Assembly (NCBI GenBank): GCA_013265495.1
Contig: MU058540.1
Coordinates: 1,761,696 to 1,825,695 of the forward strand
DNA length: 64,000 nt
Direction: 5' to 3'
DNA from: Vicugna vicugna
Taxonomy: Eukaryota
The notes below the pieces were generated by a model. The model saw nothing but the letters and a program-made list of their open reading frames with translations. It made no database searches and was not told where the DNA came from. The position numbers were made by a program, and so were the translations under genes. Numbering within the stretch: the stretch's first letter is position 1; the number at the start of each line of letters is the position of its first letter. Shown here piece by piece: positions 43,311 through 55,507 of this stretch.

Positions 43311-46288
43311 CTTCTGTGACCCCCACCCCAATCCTACCCACTGACCCTAGGACCTCAGCTGATAGTCCTCACTTCTTATACTTTGACTTTGCCAACCCAG
43401 GAATTTCCCCAGCACTGCCTAGGAACCTACCAACCCAGCGACTCCTTCAGTTCTCAACCAATGATACATGACCCAAGAGCCCCACATCCCTCCTTGGTGA
43501 CCCCTAAACCTTTTCAGTGACCCTACTGGTCTGGTAACCCTTCGAGTTCTACCCTATGTTCTCCCACAAATTTGGTGACTCTCCTCAAACCTTGTCTGGT
43601 AACTCCTAAGCCGTACCTACTACAATAGTTTCCCACCCAGTCATCTTCTACATAACCCTCAATATCTGATAATCCTTTTTTTGCTCTGTAACCGCTTGAT
43701 CCTCATAACATGTTCCCCCTTCATCCTAAAGTCACCACCACTGACACCGCTCTCTGCACTCCATCCTCCAGTGTCAGTCAGCACATGACTTACAAGTGTC
43801 CTAGCTAGCACCAAGCTGGTGCCCAGGAGAATACAGAGATGAATATGAAGTAGCGATAGTTGGAGGCATCAAATAATTTGGATTGAGCGTGGTCCCACAT
43901 TCAAGTCCTAGCTCTGCCACTGTTGTGTTTTGGCAACCTGGGAGAAGTCCTTTCCTCGCTCTGAACCTGTTTCTCATCTGTATTGTGATAAAGTTGGGTT
44001 AAATGATCTCAGAGTTTATTTCCAGCTGCGAAATTCTGCAGTTCTCAGTCAAGATAATGTTTGTTTGCAGTCATTTTTGTACTCCTCCCTAGTTTACTCT
44101 TGTAACCTCACCCCAGGGTCCACTTGCTTCATGAACCTTATTCCCTCACTCCCATGACCCCCTACACTCTTAATATTCTTAATAGTCCATATCCATTTCC
44201 CTTGATCAGAACCCATCAGTTAATATGCAAAGCATATTCACTTCAGCTTGGAGTATTAGTTTATTAAGAGACCTGAGTTCTAGTCTGACTCTGGCCCTTC
44301 TGCTGTGGCACCTTAGGCATGCCATTTAGCCTGTCTCCACCTCTGCTAGGGGTGGACAATAGTAATGCTTGAGATAATGCATGCAAAACCCTTGGCACCA
44401 TGCCTGGCCCACAGAAACCCTTAAGTATAAGCTGCGAAGCTCCTATGAGTCTTACTCTGTCTTAGGTTCTAGGGAGTGAACAGATAATGAACACAGGGCC
44501 CACACCTTGCATTATCTTTGTATCACTGAGCTCTTGGAATCCTTATCCTCTTATCTCCACTGTGGCCTCCTCACTTCTCTGGTTCTTTACCCTGGTATCT
44601 CCTTAATAATGGTTGGCACTTACTGCTAAGTACCTACTGTGTGCCAAACTTTGTATGTATAGATTAAGTTTCCCCCTTAACAACCTCAAGAAGTGATTCT
44701 TACTCTATCTACCATCATTTCCCATTTTTTGTTGTTTTGATTTGGTTTTAAACAAATGAAGAACCTAAAACTCACCCATATGAGTAGCAGAGCTGGGATT
44801 TGAACCCAGAGTCTTTAAAACCCATTTGATCCATTGCTTCTCTTGCCCCTAAACCTACCTAGTTTTCCAGGCCACCCTCAGCCCCTTATTCCTTATTTTC
44901 TAATCCCTAAGCCAACATCAACACATTCCATGACCTTCAAGGTTTCTATTAACCTTTGCCCCATGGCTTGGTGAATCCCTCAACCCATTGTTCATGACTT
45001 TTGACCCCAAATGCCCAGAGACCCCCTGCACCTTAATACCTCCCTTTACACTTGGTCCAAATGTCCTCTCAACTTATGAGTCCTTGGAGCTCCCACCTCA
45101 CTGGTACTTCACCCCCAAATCTTCTCATCCTTAACCCCAGGAATTCATATACTCTGAAATCCTCTAGCCCAGTAGATGGTCTCTTCCTAGTTTCAATCTC
45201 TTTTGTGTGTTCCACCTGCCTTCCTTCTACCATCCTCAGCCACATCCTGTTACACAAAACCTTCATCAGAATTAGGCTTTCACCTAGGGACTTCTTCACC
45301 CAGCTTCAGTGAAATGAGCTGCTTCCATCCCCACGTGAACCCATCCTTCATAACCTATATACCCTCCCATTCTAAGATCCTTCTTCACTTTCAAAATCCT
45401 GTGATATCCTGCCTCTCAGATTCCTGGATCTCCTGGCATCTTCTTCATTTTCATCAGTGAACTCCTTTTCGAACTGGAATCATATTTCACCCTTTCCCTC
45501 TTCCTATGTCCCTATCCCTTCTCACAGTGCCTTTTTCCTGCCTTACTTTTATTTTTCTCCCATCCATCCTCACCTCACCAATCTTGGTAACAGTGATTAT
45601 GATTAAACCTTTCTCCCATCCCACCTCCGCCCCTTCTTCCACTCTCCTGTGCATCTAACTCTGGAGCTACATGGGTGACCCTGCCACTCTCAGATCTCCT
45701 TCCTTCACATGCAGCACTGACCAGCCAAACCTCATTGGCCACTTTGGTTTGTCCAAAGAACTGCATTCTTCTCTGGGAACCTCTGATAACAGATCACCAA
45801 GACCACAGTCCTTTAGGGAGCCAGGAGAGAGACTTTGAAAATCCTGAATCAATCTAGCCATGTCTCCTTGAGACATTCCCACTATCCTATCCTGTTTAGG
45901 AAGCTGCTTGCTATGTATGCCCTCAGGGTAGAATGCTTTGAGTGTCAGCATTGAATTAGCCCGATTGTTTTCCAAGCCCTGGGAGGACTTTCCAGTCCCC
46001 TCCCACTGGAAGACTGAATGGTGACTAGCATAATGTGACATTAAAGATCCACATCCCAAAATCTGTTCTGTAGGTCACCAAATTCCCAGGTCTCCTATAA
46101 TACACTTGTTGGCTGTTTAGCAATAAATTCAGCAGAGGGAAAAACTACAGTTAAAGAAGGGTTAAATCTTGGGATCTGCAAATTCTGTGGGTTGATTTTT
46201 AAAAAGCTTTTGCCTTAGGCTTGTTTCATCTTTCTTACGCACAGAACATATTCTGCCTTGGATCTTGTGTACTCTTTTCACTGAACAT

Positions 46289-46321
46289 CCACCCCACCCC
46301 CACCCCCACCCCCACCCCCAC
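46289..46321 (-). repeat. (CCCCCA)n hexamer repeat; G-quadruplex-capable on the minus strand
   Basis: ccaccccacccccacccccacccccacccccac. Confidence 0.85.
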
Positions 46322-46776
46322 TGTGCTTTCCTTGAGAACAGAGGCTGGGTTTTCTTTATCTTCTGCCTTAATCCTGTCCCTCATATTTAGCAGGTAGTTG
46401 GTTAAAAACTTACTGGATTGAATGAACTCATTCAGAAATTCTGCATCAGAGACAAACAAGTGAAAGTAGCTCATATCTGCATCCATTTTGTAGCCACAAC
46501 AACCCTTCTCAATTCCCTCCAAACGTGATAATGGGTAAGTCCCTTGATATAAACAGTCTGAAATTTAGACACTTCCTTTTTTAGCCATTGTTGACGTGGG
46601 GGAATGAGTGTAAGCACTTCTTTTTACTGTATTTCTGGTAAGACTAGAGAGATTGATTGATATAGTTGCTAAAGTACAGTGGTAACAAGGCCAGGGTCTG
46701 ACATATATAGACCAGTTCTCAGAAAACCGCTAGATGAACTACTTAGTGGGGGTTGCAGAGACAATCAAAGAATAGA

Positions 46777-46893
46777 AGAAACCAGATTGGCAAAATGTTA
46801 GTAAATTGTTGAAGTTGGGTAATGGGTTAATGGGGTTCATTATACTATTCTTGCTACTTTGATGTATGCTTGTAATCCATAATAAAAAGTTTG
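46777..46893 (+). mobile_element. Short ancient L1 3'-end fragment
   Basis: attggcaaaatgtt...ggggttcattatactattctt...cataataaaaagttt. Confidence 0.55.
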
Positions 46894-47306
46894 AGGGAGA
46901 AGAAAGGACAGCTAGGTGAACAAGTGAGAATTTAGCACTGTTCCTTGGAAACCATCACAGGGTAAATGAGCTGCTGTTACTGAATCAGTACTGTTATCTA
47001 GGTTAAGTAGTATATTTAGTCCTCATCTATTTTTGACCTCTTCTGTTTGTGAGATATCAAGATGCTAAATACAAAAATCAGCACCCTGCCACCCTGCAGA
47101 ATTGTACCATAGTGGTAACAAGCACCTGTTGCCCTAGTACTGCCCTGCTTCCCAGCCCAGGTGTGATTTCTTGTGGTCAAAAGCTGGACTGGGCCTGAAG
47201 AGAAAGTGAGGCAGTGGGGGAAGTCAGGGAGAGAGCAGAGCTCAACCAGTCTTCCCCTTCTGGCCTAAACCCTTTAGATGACTGGGAGGTCCTAAAGGTG
47301 TGGGTG

Positions 47307-48330
47307 TTCATTCACTCACTCACTCACTCACTCGCTCAATTTATTCCACAAGTCTTTGGTGAATATCTGTTAGATGCCAGGTACTTTTCTGGTACCTGAG
47401 GATAGAGCAGTGAATAAAACAAAGTTCCAGGACTTTAGGAGCTCACCTGTTGGGGAGTGGATGAGGCAGAAATATAGGATAAACAAACAAGTAAAATATA
47501 TATTGAGAAAATTAAGCAGAGAAGGGAGATAAAAGAGTACCAAAAGTTGAGGTATTACCTTTTAAGTAGGGTGGACAAGGAAGATCTCACTGAAAAGGTG
47601 ACATTTGAACAAAGACCTGAAGGAAGTTAAGGCATGAGCCAGGCATTTATCTGGAAGTGTATTCCAGTCAGAGGGAACAGCAAGTGCAAAAGCCCTGAGG
47701 CAGGAGTATGCTCCTTTATTCAAGAAACATGGGGATGCCAGCCAGTATGGCTGCAGTAGGGTGAGAGAGGGGAAACAGCAGGAGATGTGAGGGTTGGAAT
47801 AGATTGGTGGCAGATCATATTAGGCATTATAGGCCTCTGGATTTTATTGTGATTGAGATGGGAGCCATTGGAGGGGTCTACGCAGATAAGTAACATGATC
47901 TGACATAAAAGATCATTCTGGCTGCCATGCTGTGAGTAAGTTGTAGGGGCAAGAGCAGAAGGAAGGAAACCGATTAGGAACCTACAGCAGTAGTCCAGGC
48001 AAGAGAATTTGGTGGCTTAGACCCAAAGTAAAGCAGCAGGAGAGTGAGAAGTGGTTGGATTTTGGATATATTTTGGATGGAAAGAGGAATAACAGGTTTT
48101 GCTGATGGATTGGATGTGGCATGTGAAAGAAATAGAGAAATTAAGGATGGCTCCCTCATTTTTGGCCTGAGCAGTTAGAGGGTGGAGTTCCCATTTACTG
48201 AAATGAGGGAGCCTAGAAAAAGGGCAGGTTTTGAAAAGGGGGAGATAAATTCACTTCTGAATATGTCAAGTTTGAGATGTTTTTTGGACATGGAGATCTT
48301 GAGTAAGCAGCTGGATATACAAGTCTGTTA
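47307..48330 (-). mobile_element. L2 LINE (L2a-like) ~1 kb including the 3' (TGAA/TGAG)n end
   Basis: ttcattcactcactca...gtgacatttgaacaaagacctgaagg...cagcaagtgcaaaagccctgaggcagg...gagaagtggttggattttggatatatttt. Confidence 0.8.
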
Positions 48331-50494
48331 GACAAGAGTAGATGGAAACAGAAAGAATACTCTTACTGGGCAAGAGACAAAGGAGTATGGTGGGAAGAAC
48401 ACTGGCACCTAGGGGTGAGACCTGGCTCTGCCACCAGGTAGCTGTGAGATCCTTTGAGACTCTTCTGGCAGCTCTGGCATCTGTATTTTCATCTACAGGA
48501 TGACTGCTTTAGACTAGAAATGAGCTGTCAGCCCCTCCCACTGTGAGTCGATGAAGTAGTACTTAGAGCAAGCAAGATAATATATCTGTCTATCTGCGAG
48601 CATGTTGGAAAATGCTGAGCTCTACACAGGGTAGTGGTGTTGGTGGTAAGAGTCCTTCCTTTCTTCCTTTGCTAAAGTAATACCCAGTGAGTGCCTGCCA
48701 TGTTCTGGGCGCTGTGCTGGACACAGGATCCAATGATGGAGAGATGCATCCTTGCCCTCCTGGAACTCTACAGACAAGCCACCTCGAGTAGCTTCACTGC
48801 TGAGTGCTGAGGGAGTGGGCTGGAGTCTGATGGTCTAGTGTGCTATTGGCCAGAGAGAGCTTGTTCTTGACCTGAGTCTGGGAGAAAACTGAACGTGGAT
48901 GTGAGAGATGAGGCAAGATGGTATTCCAAGTGAGGAAAAAGTGGTCGTCCTAGCTGGGGCTGGGGGAAGAGTTGAGATGGTAGGACTCGGTTCCTTCTCT
49001 CCTTCATTCTTTCACTCAGCATTTGCTCCTCTGCTAGGCACTTCTCTTAAGGAACTTATAGTTCTGTAGTATATGAGTAGTTTCAAATCTGGTCTCAAGA
49101 GTTTCAATTAGATCTAATTCATAGTAAGTGGAGCTGATTTAGGATTCAAATTTGAGCTAAAGAGCTCAGTTAGCTATGTGACCTAATAGTATTATTCATT
49201 TAGTATCTATGGGCACATTCTTTGTTAGGTGCTAATTAAGCTGAAATGCTTACTCTCCAGGAACTTAAATTATGAGCAGTTCAACAGAAAGTAGGAGTGT
49301 GTTATTTTCCCCACTAAAGAGTCAATGTTTAAGGGAAAGACATACCTTGCAGAGTAATCTTTTCACTGCACCTGGAAACACAGTCTTATCCTTGTATCAT
49401 TTAGATGTTGATGTTTATATTGTAAGGAGAGTTTCCGACCAACTAAACAAGAATATGCCCATCTTAATGAACAGGTCACCCACAAAATTAATTTAGAGTA
49501 GATATGTAATCAGCATCTTTCACTTAACAGAATGGGGAAATTTTGTTCTGTTGAGTGGGGGGAAAAAAAAACTGAGATACAAATTTAAGTGCAGCTGAAG
49601 CCATCACATTTAAGTGGTGGCCTTAAGCTACTGACGGAACCCCAGATGCCTCTCACCCTGGCAGGTATCAGTCAAGGTATGGACATTTGAGGGTCTCACA
49701 AACCTTTTTTTTTTTTTTTTTTTGCTAGTAAAAGTACAGGGCCCACTGGGGCTCCTCACTTACAGTTCATAAAGATCTATGATGTTTCAAAGTGTGTTAC
49801 ACTGACACCAGCTGGAAGTCAGAGCACGTCTAGTGCTTCTGGGTTAACATTCGCCCCAAGCGTGCCTTAATTAACGGTTCATCTGTGAGACACCCAGATA
49901 TAACTTGTTAGCTTGGGACCATTTCTTACTGCATAACTCTTCATTTTTTGAAGTCCCTGCTGCTTTAGGATAGCCAGTAAAGCATGAGACCCATGCCATT
50001 AAGATAAGAACCTAGGAACTGGGGTCTGCTTGAGATTGTAGAATTGACCTGAGACTTAGATGTAGAGGATATAGCAGGGGTACCTGAAACCAAAGTTCTC
50101 TCTGTCTGAGAAGATCACCCTCTCAACCTAGGTGGTACTGCCTTGGGGCCACAGAAACAGTGAGAGAGAAAAGCACCCCCTGCTTAGCTTCCACTTCAGC
50201 CAGACCCATCCTTGTGACCAGGCTGTGGACATACCAAGCTGGGGACACACGTGTTGGAGCCAGTGTGCCCTCAGGTCTTATATAAACTTGCTATTGTTTC
50301 ATGCTCACCTTGATCTCCTTTCCATCTGATTCTTGAGAATGGCATCCATGAGTTGGAAAGCTGAGTTTTCAGATGTGCTTTTGCTGCAAAGCTGTAACAT
50401 CATGGAATCTCTCCTGTCAGCTCTGTACTAGCCATGCCTTGTAGAGAGTCATAGATATCCCTGTAGCCAACAAAAGGAGTGCTTTTAGACTCTC

Positions 50495-51075
50495 TTCTTT
50501 TATTTATATATTTTTATTTGTTTATTTTACATAGGTAACACATTCACAAAGCTTAAGGTTTTTTTGTAAGTGTAAAAGATGTACAGTGAAAAGTCACCCT
50601 TCCATCGCTATGCCCCAGTCATTCAGTAATCCTTCCACAGGCAACCTTCTTTAGTAATTGCTTCACTGTCTTTCCACAGATTTTTTTTTATGGCAGTTGC
50701 AGCATACAAAAGACACTGTTTATATCTTGACATTTTTATTTATTTTGGAGATCTTCCCATGTCAATACGTAAGGAATGTCCTTATTTCTTTATGTCTGCA
50801 TAGTATAGAATATCTATATTGATAGAAATTTTTGTGGTTTGGGGTTTTTTGCTGTTATGACATTCAGGGATGCCATGAGTAACCTTGAACATGTGCCACT
50901 CTTCACACATGTGTGTCTGCCTGTAGACTAGATGTGAAGTTGCTGGGGCAGATGGTATATACCTTTGTAATTTTGATTGATAACTGCCAAATTGCATAGA
51001 GCTTATACCAATGTATATTCCCACCAGCAATGTAAAACTGTGCCTGTTTCCCCACAGCCTCATGAACATTGCTTT
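50495..51075 (-). mobile_element. Ancient L1 (L1M-type) 3' fragment
   Basis: tgataactgccaaattgc...tataccaatgtatattcccaccagcaatgt...gtgcctgtttccccacagcctc, an ORF2 C-terminal-like sequence in reverse. Confidence 0.65.
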
Positions 51076-51086
51076 AAGAATATACA

Positions 51087-51180
51087 GGGGGATGGGTGTA
51101 ACTCAGTGATAGAGCGCATGCTTAGCATGCACAAGGTCCTAGGTTCAATCCCAGGTACCTCCGTTTAAAAAAAAATTTTT
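51087..51180 (+). mobile_element. tRNA-Ala-derived SINE (camelid vic-1-like), sense copy
   Basis: GGGGGATGGGTGTAACTCAGTGATAGAGCGCATGCTTAGCATGCACAAGGTCCTAGGTTCAATCCCAGGTACCTCC + A tail; A/B boxes, AGC anticodon-like loop. Confidence 0.85.
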
Positions 51181-51206
51181 ATGGGGTGAGGGAAGTAATT
51201 ATGTTT

Positions 51207-51238
<32 letters not shown>

Positions 51239-51322
51239 AATAGAGGTACTGGGAATTGAACCCAGGACTTCGTGCATGCTAGTTGTACACTATACCACTG
51301 AGCTATACTATACCCTCCCCCA
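51181..51322 (-). mobile_element. tRNA-Ala-derived SINE (vic-1-like), antisense copy
   Basis: Reverse complement: GGGGGAGGGTATAG...GCTCAGTGGTATAG...GTCCTGGGTTCAATTCCCAGTACCTC...(AAAT)n...TAATTAC. Confidence 0.85.
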
Positions 51323-51351
51323 TCAAAAATTTTTTTTAACTGTACATGTCT

Positions 51352-51589
51352 AATGGGGAGGGATAAATTGGGAGTTCATGATTAGTCAGATACTAACTCC
51401 TATATATAAAATAGATAAATAACAAGGTTCTACTATGTAGCACAGGGAAATATATTTAATTGTAATGGCCTATAATGAAAAAGAATATGAAAAGGAATAT
51501 ATATGTGTATAAATGGATCACTATGCTGTATACCAGAAATTAACACAGCACTGTAAATCAACTATACATCAATATAAAATGTTTTAAAA
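51352..51589 (+). mobile_element. L1 3'UTR terminal fragment (cetartiodactyl-type)
   Basis: ggggagggataaattgggagt...aacaaggttctactatgtagcacagggaa...gctgtataccagaaattaacacagcactgtaaatcaactatac. Confidence 0.8.
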
Positions 51590-52679
51590 AAGAATATACA
51601 GATTAGCTAAAGTTCGGCGTAGGATACTGAATCATGGGTCCCCACTATGACACTCTATTCCATGAGACACACAAAGTACAACACAGCCCAGTTTGAAGAA
51701 TACCACATTTTAAAATATATTCAAAAGAGGTAACTAGACCTCTGGTGGTCATAAGAGAAGAAAGGAAGAAAAATCCTAGAGGAAGAAGTTTTCTACTTCA
51801 GTACTTAAACTGGCATGAATAGAGGAAGAATAGATGTCTGTCTTTGCAGGACCCAGGAGGGATGAGGAGTGACAGGAAGGCTGTGCGGAAAGTAAAGAAA
51901 AACCCCAAGAGGGAGGAGCTGGCAATCAAGCAGAAGGGTTTCGTGTCCACTTTAGAACTACCTGTCAGCTCCAGCTCCATGCTGGTATCTTTTCATTTCA
52001 ATGACTTCATTTTTTAAAGATCATGCCCCCCCTCCTTTTAGCACAGCTGTTCATTTCATTGTGGCCTCTTCTGCCTCATCTCATTTGGAGTCAAGGTTTC
52101 TGCGAGTTGGAACTGGATGAATGTTCAGCCTTTACTGTCTTTTCACTTAGTGTTAATTTGTTAACCTTCCTCCATTAATCCAGATGGTCTTCATGGTTCT
52201 TGTCTAAAATGTTTAAACACGCATCCTTTGCAAATAGCTCTTCTTTTGTGTCCATTCTTTTTGTGGGATGAATTATGAAGCTGAGATTATTCTATCTCAG
52301 ATCCTGAACCTTTCCTGGTGGGGTTAAGCACTGACGAATTGTCCTCTGGGAAACCTGGAGCCCCTCTAGTGCCATCAGCAGTGCACACTTGCCCCTGCCT
52401 TTCCTGACCTTGCTAACATTGATGGTTGATTTTGTGTGTGTGTGTGTAATTACTAGACTTTGTTTCTTAGAGCAGTTTTAGGTTTACAGAAAAACTGAGC
52501 AGAAAGTACAGAGAGTTTCCATATACTCTCCTCTTCCTCCCCACCACCACCGCCCACCCTTCAGTTCCTAGTTTCCCCCTATTAAGATTTGCACTGGTGG
52601 GGTATATCTGCTACAACTAATGAGCCAATATCAAGGCATTATTATTAACTGAAGTCCATAAATACATTATGGTTCACTC

Positions 52680-52814
52680 ATTTTTTTTTGTATTTATGAT
52701 TTATTTCACAAATTTAAAAAATCATCCTACCTGCTTTCCAAGCTCAGGGAAGAGCATTAGGGTAACAGTTTGACTCTACTGTAGCTTTGCCTCCATTAAG
52801 AGAATGGACATCAG
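52680..52814 (-). pseudogene. Orphan 135-bp polyadenylated retro-insertion (processed 3'-end retrocopy or 3' transduction)
   Basis: 11-bp TSD ATGGTTCACTC (52669-52679 and 52815-52825); T9 run; AATAAA on the minus strand at 52700-52705. Confidence 0.7.
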
Positions 52815-52909
52815 ATGGTTCACTCTTTGTGTTGTACATTCTGTGGGTTTTGAAAATGTATAATGTCATGTATCCACATTATAGATTTATGCAGAATAGT
52901 TTCATTGCC

Positions 52910-53156
52910 ACTCACAGATACAGAGACCAAATTAGTGGTTATCAGTGGGGAGAAGGAGGAAGGGCAACATAGGGGTGGGGGAGTGGGAGGTACAAACTGT
53001 TGGGTGTAAGATAGGTTCAAGAATACATTGTACTGCACAGGGAATAAAGCCAATATTTTGTAATAACTGAGTGGAAAGCAACCTTTAAAAATTGTACACA
53101 AAATTTTAAAATTATTAAATAAATAAATAAGAAAGATCTTGACTCAAAAAAAAAAA
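52910..53156 (+). mobile_element. L1 3'-end fragment inserted sense into the older antisense L1
   Basis: actcacagatacagaga...gaggtacaaactgttgggtgtaagatagg...A-rich tail; degenerate TSD AATAGT(T/G)TCA(T/C)TGCC at 52895-52909 and 53157-53171. Confidence 0.75.
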
Positions 53157-53958
53157 AATAGTGTCACTGCCCTAAAAATGCCCTGTGCTCCACCTGTTCA
53201 TCCCTCTTCCCCTCCCCCAGCACCCTTGGCAACCACTGATCTTTTCACTATCTCTGTAGTTTTGCCTTTTCCAGAATGTCATATAGTTGGAATCGTACTA
53301 TATGTAGCCTTTTCAGATTGGCTTCTTTCACTTAGTAAAATGCATTTAAGTTTCCTCCATGTCTTTCCATGACTTAATAGCTCTTTTCTTTTTATCACTG
53401 AATGATATTCCGTAGTGTGAATGTACCACAGTTTGTTTATTGAAGGACATCTTGCTTGGTTACTTCCAGTTTGGGGCAATTATGAATAAAGCTGCTATAA
53501 ACATCTATGTGCAGGTTTTTCTGTGGACATAAGTTTTCAGCTCATTTGGGTAAATACGTACGAGTAGGATTGCTGGATCTTACTGTAAGAATATGTTTAG
53601 CTTTGTAAGAAACTGCCAAACTGTCTTCCAGAGTTCCATTTTTCTATGCCATTTTACATTCCCGCCAGCCTTTGGTATTGTCAGTTTTGGATTTTGGCTG
53701 TTGTAATAGGTGTATAGTGATAATCTCATCCTCTGTTGGATGTAAATACTTTTACTTTGGTTTTTTTGTGATTTGTTAAGTATAATATCATCATAAATAT
53801 TCTTTCTTACTCTTTAATAACTAATGAGAGTGAACCTTTTTCATGTTGTTTATTTAATATTAGCATTTTTGGCTTATGTGAATTCCTATTGTAGCCTTGT
53901 TTGTCCAGTGGGAATTTGATACTGTTCTTGGAGGTTTATAAGTGTCTGCATGTGTTTT

Positions 53959-54052
53959 GTTTTTTTATTCCACCCAATTTTTTTTATTGTGGTAAAATAC
54001 ACATAACTTAAAATTTACCATCTTAACCACTTTTAAGTGTACAGTTTAGTTA
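53959..54052 (-). mobile_element. Very short L1 3'-end insertion with TSD CATGTGTTTT
   Basis: tttttattgtggtaaaatacacataac...ttttaagtgtacagtt flanked by catgtgtttt at ~53949 and ~54053. Confidence 0.6.
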
Positions 54053-54161
54053 CATGTGTTTTTAATATCATGTCTTACTTTTTATTTCTTTAATATTTAT
54101 TCCTAATGTTGAGGGGTTTTTTAAGCCAACTCTTCTTTTGACTTAATTTTCTTATGCTTTA

Positions 54162-54690
54162 TTTTTATTTTTTTAAACTTTTTTTTTATTGAGTTACAGT
54201 CATTTTACAATGTTGTATCAAATTCCAGTGTAGAGCACAATTTTTCAGTTATACATGAACATATGTATAGTCATTGTCACATTTTTTTAGCTGTGAGCTA
54301 CCACAGGATCTTGTATATATTTCCCTGTGCTATACAGTATAATCTTGTTTATCTATTCTACATTTTGAAATCCCAGTCTGTCCCTTCCCACCCCTTGCCC
54401 CCTTGGCAACCACAAGTTTGTGTTCTATGTCTATGAGTCTGTTTCTGTTTTGTATATATGGTTTTTTTTTTAGATTCCACATATGAGTGATCTCATATGG
54501 TATTTTTCTTCCTCTTTCTGGCTTACTTCACTTAGAATGACATTCTCCAGGAACATCCATGTTGCTGCAAATGGCATTATGTTGTTGGTTTTTATGGCTG
54601 AATAGTATTCCATTGTATAAATATACCACATCTTCTTTATCCAGTCATCTGTTGATGGACATCTAGGCTGTTTCCATGTCTTGGCTATTG
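54162..54690 (-). mobile_element. Young 5'-truncated L1 (lineage-specific) with 16-bp TSD ATTTTCTTATGCTTTA
   Basis: Perfect TSD at 54146-54161 and 54691-54706; poly-T; tggcttacttcacttagaatgacattctccagg...atccagtcatctgttgatggacat. Confidence 0.88.
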
Positions 54691-55378
54691 ATTTTCTTAT
54701 GCTTTAAAAGTCCCAAACTACCTTCTCTTCCTGTCTGAGGTCTGGATATTGTTCCATTTTGATGAACTGACAATATAAATTTAACCTTTTTGCCCCAGGG
54801 TGATGTTTTAAATAACATGATATTTCTGAGTACTGTGATGATCCAGTCTCTCCTGTTGCTGATGGAATGTTTCATTTTCAAATAGCCCTTCTCAAGCCAG
54901 CAGTGACCCCAAACTGAATTCCAGAAACAATTGAGATATTACTTCATATCTATATTAACTTGCTTGTTGATGTAAAGCGATATCCTTAGAATAACCCTTC
55001 CAAAATGCCTTTATTCTGGACTTTTCTTGTCGTGGATTAAAGGTGGATTTGAAACTCAGCCATGATTGCTATGTTGGGCAATTACAAACTAAGATGTTAA
55101 AATTCACTAAAACGTTTGGCTGCAAATTAGATTTTTAAGTTATCTATTTTAATTTAAATGAATTCTGTTCTGCAGTAGAGGGGTCTGCTTTTTCATTGCC
55201 CTTTTGGAATTGAAAATAATGCACTTTGCCTAATTATTCCCTTTTCTGTGACTAATTCAAGCCTATAAATTTGTAGAAGCCAAATAGGAACCATACTTAA
55301 AAAGTACTTTGGGCTTTTAACATCAGTGTGCCTTTTGCAAAGAAATCTTTAGCTGATGTTTTAATGTGTTTCTGTTTT

Positions 55379-55507
55379 GGGGTTTTTTTTGGGGGGGGCG
55401 GTAATTAGGCTTATTTATTTATTTTCAGAGGAGGTACTGGGGATTGAACCCATGACCCTGTGTATGCTAAGCATGCGCTCTACCACTTGAGCTATATCCT
55501 CCCCTAC
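55379..55507 (-). mobile_element. Full-length tRNA-Ala-derived vic-1-like SINE with 16-bp TSD AATGTGTTTCTGTTTT
   Basis: Reverse complement: GGGGAGGATATAGCTCAAGTGGTAGAGCGCATGCTTAGCATACACAGGGTCATGGGTTCAATCCCCAGTACCTCC...CCTAATTACC; TSDs at 55363-55378 and 55508-55523. Confidence 0.9.

Larger units (their letters stand above)
52448..53730 (-). mobile_element. Old L1 (L1MA/MB-type) 3' region, interrupted by two later insertions
   Basis: agagcagttttaggtttacagaaaaactgagcagaaagtacagagagttt...ccagaatgtcatatagttggaatc...aagaaactgccaaactgtcttcca. Confidence 0.8.

Noticed and set aside
42289..43471. Multiple overlapping ORFs up to 197 aa in the ZNF76 CpG island
   Set aside because: Same GC-composition artefact; the real ZNF76 start codon is at 61366.
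51087..51165. Apparent tRNA-Ala(AGC) gene (also at 55430-55504, minus strand)
   Set aside because: Mismatched stems, A-rich tails, TSDs and multiple diverged copies indicate tRNA-derived SINEs, not tRNA genes.
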